The notes under the pieces are model-generated. The model saw nothing but the letters and a program-made list of their open reading frames with translations. It made no database searches and was not told the origin of the DNA. A stretch of DNA of 53,098 nt from Nanobdellota archaeon (GTDB lineage Archaea > Nanobdellota > Nanobdellia > Pacearchaeales > GW2011-AR1): assembly GCA_038045945.1 (NCBI GenBank), contig JBBSXC010000007.1:1-53098 (forward strand), read 5' to 3'. The position numbers and the translations under genes are program-made. Each line of letters begins with the position of its first letter. The stretch's first letter is position 1. Shown here piece after piece: positions 48,174 through 53,098 of this stretch.

Positions 48174-48246
48174 TGGGACTGCCCGGATTTGAACCGGGGT
48201 CGCAAGCACCCCATGCTTGAATCTTACCAAACTAGACCACAGCCCC
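48174..48246 (-). tRNA. tRNA-Pro(GGG)
   Basis: Acceptor GGGGCTG/CAGTCCC; anticodon arm CAAGC-AT-GGG-GT-GCTTG; T arm CCCGG-TTCAAAT-CCGGG. Confidence 0.95.
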
Positions 48247-48334
48247 ATCAATAAAATGGGACAGAGAGATTATTATATAAACTATTTGTAGAACTATCCT
48301 CTTTCACAACCAAGCATTTATTTTTAGAAGTGTA

Positions 48335-49048
48335 TTAATCATATAGCGATGAAGAGACATCAGTAAAAGCTTCTAGGAAAGATTGATAAAACTTAGGGTT
48401 TTTTTCTGCGTGTGTTCTAAGATCTCTACGAGCCACAAATTGTCTGTTTTGAACTGTTTGAAGAGGTACACCTAATATTCTAGCAATCTCCTTACCAGAA
48501 TAACCCTTTCTGTGTTGCATTTCAAAAACTTGATAAGAAAGGGGAGAACTAATTTTATCTTTTAATAATTTCCACCCTTTCTCTGAGTCAATATTAAGTG
48601 TTTTAAGGTCTACTTTTCCGGTTAAGTATTGTAATCCCTTATCTTCAGCAGAAGCTTCGTCAAGACTACTAAACTTGTCTCTTCTTAAACCCCACCCTCT
48701 CTGCGCAACGTTTGTTATCGCAGAGTTAAGGTAACGGAAATATGCTTCGGGATTAGTGTCAAGGGGTTTCTCAGCCCACTTTGTTAAGGAGGTTGTAGCA
48801 ATATCGATTAAGGTTTCTAGAACTTTTTCGAATTTTTTAGGATCAAGAGTTCCTCTTCTTACCATGTTACGAGATCTTTGGTGAACCAGTTGAATAGCTC
48901 TAGGATAATGTCCTTCTAAAAAACTTCTTTTGTCCCCTACCCCATATTCAGCGGCTCTATAATTATGTATAGTTCCCACTGCTTCACTGCTCTGAGCTTG
49001 TTCGTCAATATTAGCGAACAAGGCGGGGTGTTTATCGTTTAGTTCCAT
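48335..49048 (-). CDS. ECF sigma-70-like protein (region 2-like segment plus region 4 HTH)
   Basis: QVFEMQHRKGYSGKEIARILGVPLQTVQNRQFVARRDLR fits the ECF region 4.2 pattern; YFRYLNSAITN...RR...SLDE resembles region 2.3-2.4. Confidence 0.7.
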   Translation of the reverse strand: MELNDKHPALFANIDEQAQSSEAVGTIHNYRAAEYGVGDKRSFLEGHYPRAIQLVHQRSRNMVRRGTLDPKKFEKVLETLIDIATTSLTKWAEKPLDTNPEAYFRYLNSAITNVAQRGWGLRRDKFSSLDEASAEDKGLQYLTGKVDLKTLNIDSEKGWKLLKDKISSPLSYQVFEMQHRKGYSGKEIARILGVPLQTVQNRQFVARRDLRTHAEKNPKFYQSFLEAFTDVSSSLYD

Positions 49049-49194
49049 TTTTGCGAAAATTATCTAGAAATTTTTGTTTTAAAAACTTAACTAGTCCTAA
49101 TTAAGACAAGAAAAATTGGTTTATAAAGCTTCCCTTATTGTTACTACCCTAGAGTTGTATTAAAATAAACTTCTTAAGGCCTAGCTTGACTATA

Positions 49195-49265
49195 TGCACC
49201 GCCCGGGAATTGAACCCGGCTCCCCAGATTGGGAATCTGGAATTCTACCGATAAACTAGCAGTGC
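49195..49265 (-). tRNA. tRNA-Gly(CCC)
   Basis: Acceptor GCACTGC/GCGGTGC; anticodon arm CCAGA-TT-CCC-AA-TCTGG; T arm CCGGG-TTCAATT-CCCGG. Confidence 0.95.
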
Positions 49266-49353
49266 TTCATACTAGTTTATGTTTTGCTATTAAAAACTTA
49301 ACTAAAAAATTTAAAAAATAAAAATTGTAGGTTCTAAAGAGGGTAGAGGTTTT

Positions 49354-49860
49354 TTAGTCCTCTTCACTTTCGCTTTTTCCTATCATTATTCTTCTTTCTT
49401 CTCCCCCTCTTTGTTTTGATAGGTTTCTGCTTACTTCCATTAGCTCCAAGTATAGCCCTTCGCTTCTTGCTTCACTTATTCCCATCCCAGTCATTACTCC
49501 CATGTAGTCTTGGCTTGTTAGTCTTCTTCCTTCTTGCATTCCGAAGTATAGGTGTGTTTCTTTTTTCGCTCTTTTTTCAGCAATTTTTCCTTGTATTATT
49601 GCTCCGTACTTAGGAAATTCCTGCGAGAATTCAGCTACAGCTTCTTTCATGCTTCGCGCTTTTTCTTTATCTTCGCATTCTATTCTAGCATAAACCCTTT
49701 CGCCTGTGAAGTTATCTTCGTATTCTTTTAGGTCTACTCCAGCTGCTATTTTTGGTTTATTTCTTTTTAGTTTTCCTGATAGGCTAGAAATTGGCATTTC
49801 TATTCTGTCAGTAGCTATAAGTTCTATAATTCTTCTTTCTAATGTTTCGTTTTGTGTCAT
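49354..49860 (-). CDS. Hypothetical protein
   Basis: 168-aa charged ORF with a GGAGG Shine-Dalgarno-like element upstream. Confidence 0.75.
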   Translation of the reverse strand: MTQNETLERRIIELIATDRIEMPISSLSGKLKRNKPKIAAGVDLKEYEDNFTGERVYARIECEDKEKARSMKEAVAEFSQEFPKYGAIIQGKIAEKRAKKETHLYFGMQEGRRLTSQDYMGVMTGMGISEARSEGLYLELMEVSRNLSKQRGGEERRIMIGKSESEED

Positions 49861-49930
49861 TTTGTTTTTTTTGTTTTCCTCCTTACATTTGTTATAACTA
49901 CTGTAGAAATTTTCGCATATATTTTTATGA

Positions 49931-49946
49931 GGTGATAAGTATCACC
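49931..49946. promoter_or_regulatory. Palindromic operator candidate
   Basis: GGTGATA-ag-TATCACC between divergent genes, just upstream of the BRE/TATA (GAAAGATTTATAA) of the TrmB-family gene. Confidence 0.55.
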
Positions 49947-49990
49947 CCTTTTTAGAAAGATTTATAATCACTTTATACTTTCTTGCTTTT

Positions 49991-50701
49991 ATGATTAATG
50001 AGTCTGCTCTTTTGCAGTTCGGCCTTACTGTTAATGAGTCTAAGGTTTATCTTGCTTTGATTGATCTTGGCCCTAGTCTTGCTGGTAAAATTTCTCGTAA
50101 TACTGGCGTTCATCGTCGTAATGTTTATGATTCTATTGAACGCTTGATTCAGAAGGGTCTTGTTGGTTATATTCAGCAGAATAATCGTAATCTTTTTCAG
50201 GCCTCTAGCCCTAACCGTTTTTTGGATATTATTAAGGAGCGTGAGAATTTGTTAACCCCTGTTGTTTCGCAGTTGTTATCTAAGTATTCTAAGACTCGTG
50301 ATTTGGAGGAAACTAATTTTTTTAAGGGTAAGGATGGTTTGCGTTCTGTTTTGCAGGATCAGCTTAATTATAAAGAGGTTTTGATTCTTGGTGCTAATCC
50401 TAAGGCTGGTGAGGTTATGCAGTTTTATTTTAATTGGTATAATAAGACTCGTTTGAAGAAAAGGATTAATCTCAAGATTATTACTCATGAGCGTTGGTTT
50501 AGCAAGCTTAAGCTTGCGCAAGTTAGGTATTTTCCTGGTAAGTATGCAAGTCCCTTAGCTATTAATATTTATGGTGATAAGACTGCTATTATTTTGTGGT
50601 CTAAAGCTAGCCCTATGGCTATTGTTATTAAGAATCGTGAAATTACTGACGGTTATAAGAAATATTTTGATTTTTTGTGGAAGTCATCCAAAAAAAGCTG
50701 A
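49991..50701 (+). CDS. TrmB family transcriptional regulator
   Basis: FGLTVNESKVYLALI...ISRNTGVHRRNVYDSIERLIQKGLV; C-terminal IYGDKTAII effector-like domain. Confidence 0.92.
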   Translation: MINESALLQFGLTVNESKVYLALIDLGPSLAGKISRNTGVHRRNVYDSIERLIQKGLVGYIQQNNRNLFQASSPNRFLDIIKERENLLTPVVSQLLSKYSKTRDLEETNFFKGKDGLRSVLQDQLNYKEVLILGANPKAGEVMQFYFNWYNKTRLKKRINLKIITHERWFSKLKLAQVRYFPGKYASPLAINIYGDKTAIILWSKASPMAIVIKNREITDGYKKYFDFLWKSSKKS

Positions 50702-50738
50702 AGATAAGCTTTTTATACAATCTTCTTATGGTTCTATT

Positions 50739-52625
50739 ATGGCTAAAAAAAACAAGTTTTATATCACGACGCCTATTTATTACCCTAATGATGAACCTCA
50801 CCTAGGCAGTGCTTATACTACAGTTGCTGCTGATGTCCTAGCCCGTTGGCACAGGCTATTAGGAGAGGATGTTTTCTTTCTTACGGGTACTGATGAGCAT
50901 GGTCAGAAGATTCAAGAGTCAGCAGATAAAGCGGGAATAAAACCTCAAGCTTTTGTTGATTTAATGGTTGAAAAATTTAAAGAAGCTTTCAGAATGCTGA
51001 ATATTTCAAATAATAACTTTATTAGAACTACCGATAAAAATCATGAATTAGCTGTCAAGGAGATCCTTCAAAAGCTCTATGACAAGAAACTGATCTATAA
51101 AGGGCAATATGAAGCACATTATTGTGTCGCCTGTGAGCAATACTTAACTGCTAGCGAGTTAGTCGAAGGAAAATGCCCTCGTCACTCAAATAGGGCTCCC
51201 GAACTTCGCAAAGAAGAAACTTATATGTTCAAGCTTTCATCTTTTGAGAATAAGTTAAGAAGAGTTATAAATAACGGAAGTTATTGTATTCTTCCAGAAA
51301 TCCGTCGTAAGGAAATAATTAACTTTTTAGATGAGGGTTTACAGGACATTTCCATTTCACGCCTTAAAACCAAAGTTTCTTGGGGAATAGAACTTCCTTT
51401 TGACAAAAATCATACTTGTTTTGTTTGGGTAGACGCATTTTGGAATTATGTTTCAGGACTCGGTGATAAGAAAGACTTTTCAAAGTTTTGGCCAGTTGAT
51501 GTTCAACTAATGGCTAAAGATATTATTAGAGTTCATGCTACAATTTGGCCAGCCTTGTTGCTAGCACTAGATTATGAATTACCTAAATGTCTTTTTGTTC
51601 ATGGTTACTTCACTCTGAATGGTATGAAAATGAGTAAGAGTTTAGGAAACACAATATCACCAGTAGATTTAGTTAAAAAATATGGGGCAGATAGTGTCCG
51701 TTACTATTTCATGCGAACTATAGGGTTTGGTAGTGATGGAGATGTCTCTGAATCTCAGCTTGCTACTAGACATAACAATGAGCTTGCTGACAAGTTTGGC
51801 AACCTTGTTTCTAGAGTTTCTGCTCTTGCCGAAAAGTATGGTTTAGAAGAAGTTAATTTCGAAAAAATTAATGCGGATATACATATTTCTAACGTTAAAG
51901 ATGATATCTTTGAACTAATGGAAGAACTAAAAATTGATCAGGCTTTAAATAAAATCTTTTCTTTTATTGATACCTTAAATCAGTGGGTACAAGCGAAAAA
52001 GGTTTGGGAAACTGGAAGTAAAAAGGATTTATATGAGCTTGCAACCGGAATAAGACTAGCCACAGTTTTACTTTGGCCATTTATTCCAGAAACTTCGGAA
52101 AAGGTTGCAAAACAATTCGGATTCAAAATTTCACTTAAAGGATTAGAAAAACAACTAAAAATTATCAAAGTAAAGAAGTCAGATATTCTTTTCATAAAAG
52201 TAGAGTTTAAGGATGATTTTAAGTCTGATATGAAAAAAGGTGATGATAGATTAATAAATAATGAAAATGGTGTTGTTTCTATGTCTGAATTAAAGTTTTC
52301 TGATTGGGAGAAGGTTGACTTAAAGGTCGGTCTAGTTGTTACTGTCCAAGAAGTTGATGGTTCTGACAAATTGCTTAAGTTAGCTGTTGATTTTGGTGAT
52401 AGTAATCACAAAACGGTTATGTCTGGCATTAGAAAATTCTATAGTCCTAAGGATTTGAAGAATAAAAAGTTTGTTTTCTTAACTAATCTCCAGGTTCGTA
52501 AAATTATGGGTGTTCCTAGTGAAGCAATGATTTTGGCAGCTCATTCTAAGAGCGATAATGGTGAGGAAAAGCTTACTTTGTTTGTTCCAGACAAGGATGC
52601 GCAAGTTGGTAGTAAGTTAGGATAA
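50739..52625 (+). CDS. metG: Methionyl-tRNA synthetase with C-terminal tRNA-binding OB domain
   Basis: FYITTPIYYPN..PHLGSAY, TGTDEHGQKI, ISR..WGI, KMSKS; Trbp-like DLKVG...SEAMIL; start placed at ATG 50739. Confidence 0.96.
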   Translation: MAKKNKFYITTPIYYPNDEPHLGSAYTTVAADVLARWHRLLGEDVFFLTGTDEHGQKIQESADKAGIKPQAFVDLMVEKFKEAFRMLNISNNNFIRTTDKNHELAVKEILQKLYDKKLIYKGQYEAHYCVACEQYLTASELVEGKCPRHSNRAPELRKEETYMFKLSSFENKLRRVINNGSYCILPEIRRKEIINFLDEGLQDISISRLKTKVSWGIELPFDKNHTCFVWVDAFWNYVSGLGDKKDFSKFWPVDVQLMAKDIIRVHATIWPALLLALDYELPKCLFVHGYFTLNGMKMSKSLGNTISPVDLVKKYGADSVRYYFMRTIGFGSDGDVSESQLATRHNNELADKFGNLVSRVSALAEKYGLEEVNFEKINADIHISNVKDDIFELMEELKIDQALNKIFSFIDTLNQWVQAKKVWETGSKKDLYELATGIRLATVLLWPFIPETSEKVAKQFGFKISLKGLEKQLKIIKVKKSDILFIKVEFKDDFKSDMKKGDDRLINNENGVVSMSELKFSDWEKVDLKVGLVVTVQEVDGSDKLLKLAVDFGDSNHKTVMSGIRKFYSPKDLKNKKFVFLTNLQVRKIMGVPSEAMILAAHSKSDNGEEKLTLFVPDKDAQVGSKLG

Positions 52626-52626
52626 G

Positions 52627-53016
52627 ATGAGTAGCGTTTTTTCTTTAAAAGTGGGGGGTTTAGAGGAGGATGTTTCTTCTTTTAGTGATTATCTTAAAGA
52701 AAATGGTGTTTTTGTTCAGATCGGTTTACGATCATCATTAAAGGAGGATGTTATTCTTCACCTTTTGGTTAATGCGGAGTTGGTTAATCTTTCAGTGATT
52801 ATTAATAAGTGGTTTAAGGTTAACAGTGATATTGTAGTTATTAGTGGTGATAAGGACTCTGTTGGTATGAGAGAGATGGAAGAAGTTTATTTTAGTTTTG
52901 GTGATTCTACTCCAGAAATTCTCCAAAAGTTAAGAGATTTAGATGATAGGCAGAAGCATTATGATTCTAATAATAAGAAAAGTTTTTTTAGTTGGAAGAA
53001 GGGCGGTAATCTTTGA
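52627..53016 (+). CDS. Hypothetical protein
   Basis: 129-aa ORF immediately after metG. Confidence 0.6.
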   Translation: MSSVFSLKVGGLEEDVSSFSDYLKENGVFVQIGLRSSLKEDVILHLLVNAELVNLSVIINKWFKVNSDIVVISGDKDSVGMREMEEVYFSFGDSTPEILQKLRDLDDRQKHYDSNNKKSFFSWKKGGNL

Positions 53017-53023
53017 TTAATTA

Positions 53024-53098
53024 TTAATTTTTTTCTGCAGATCTTATTTTTCTTATTATTCTTGCTGTCATTATTGTTAGTATTACTATTGTTATTAT
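53024..53098 (-). CDS. 3' end of a probable membrane protein (partial)
   Basis: Minus frame reads IITIVILTIMTARIIRKIRSAEKN* with the A-ending codons typical of minus-strand genes here. Confidence 0.45.
   Translation of the reverse strand: MITIVILTIMTARIIRKIRSAEKN

Noticed and set aside
48174-49265. Integrated element between tRNA-Pro and tRNA-Gly
   Set aside because: No integrase and no duplicated tRNA 3' end (att site) found; only a 7-nt ATGGGAC match, expected by chance.
804-52369. Many overlapping Leu/Phe-rich or Asn/Thr/Arg-rich ORFs in the six-frame track (e.g. 17822-18715 +, 16166-16915 +, 36437-37156 +)
   Set aside because: They are antisense or out-of-frame shadows of well-supported genes, kept open by the strong T/A skew.
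1-53098. Alternative genetic code or stop-codon readthrough
   Set aside because: Housekeeping genes are full length under the standard code, and TAA, TAG and TGA are all used as stops.

Overview
AT-rich, gene-dense segment of an archaeal chromosome. The gene set is archaeal (FEN1, PolB, TFS, Rpo11, RadB, aRF1, NAC, Sec61beta, CDC48, type II MetAP, tRNAs without encoded CCA), and many genes have a TATA box about 20-25 nt before the start codon. Compact genes, many orphans and little metabolism suggest a DPANN (Pacearchaeota/Woesearchaeota-like) lineage; this is inference. Most of the window is housekeeping, with three tRNAs (Lys-CTT, Pro-GGG, Gly-CCC). I saw no CRISPR array, integrase or transposase. 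Main points of interest: (1) a cluster of at least 5 paralogous, and up to 8 related, signal-peptide-bearing multipass membrane proteins around fen/polB; (2) a protein resembling a bacterial ECF sigma factor between two tRNA genes; (3) a family of modular nested-hairpin elements sitting at promoters; (4) a strong T-over-A strand skew that gives + and - strand genes opposite codon usage; (5) divergent active sites in PolB, ValRS, ThyA and EndoV; (6) a DDxxD isoprenoid-synthase-like orphan near uppS; and (7) a diadenylate cyclase with a membrane-like tail. All calls come from motif recognition by eye, not from database searches.
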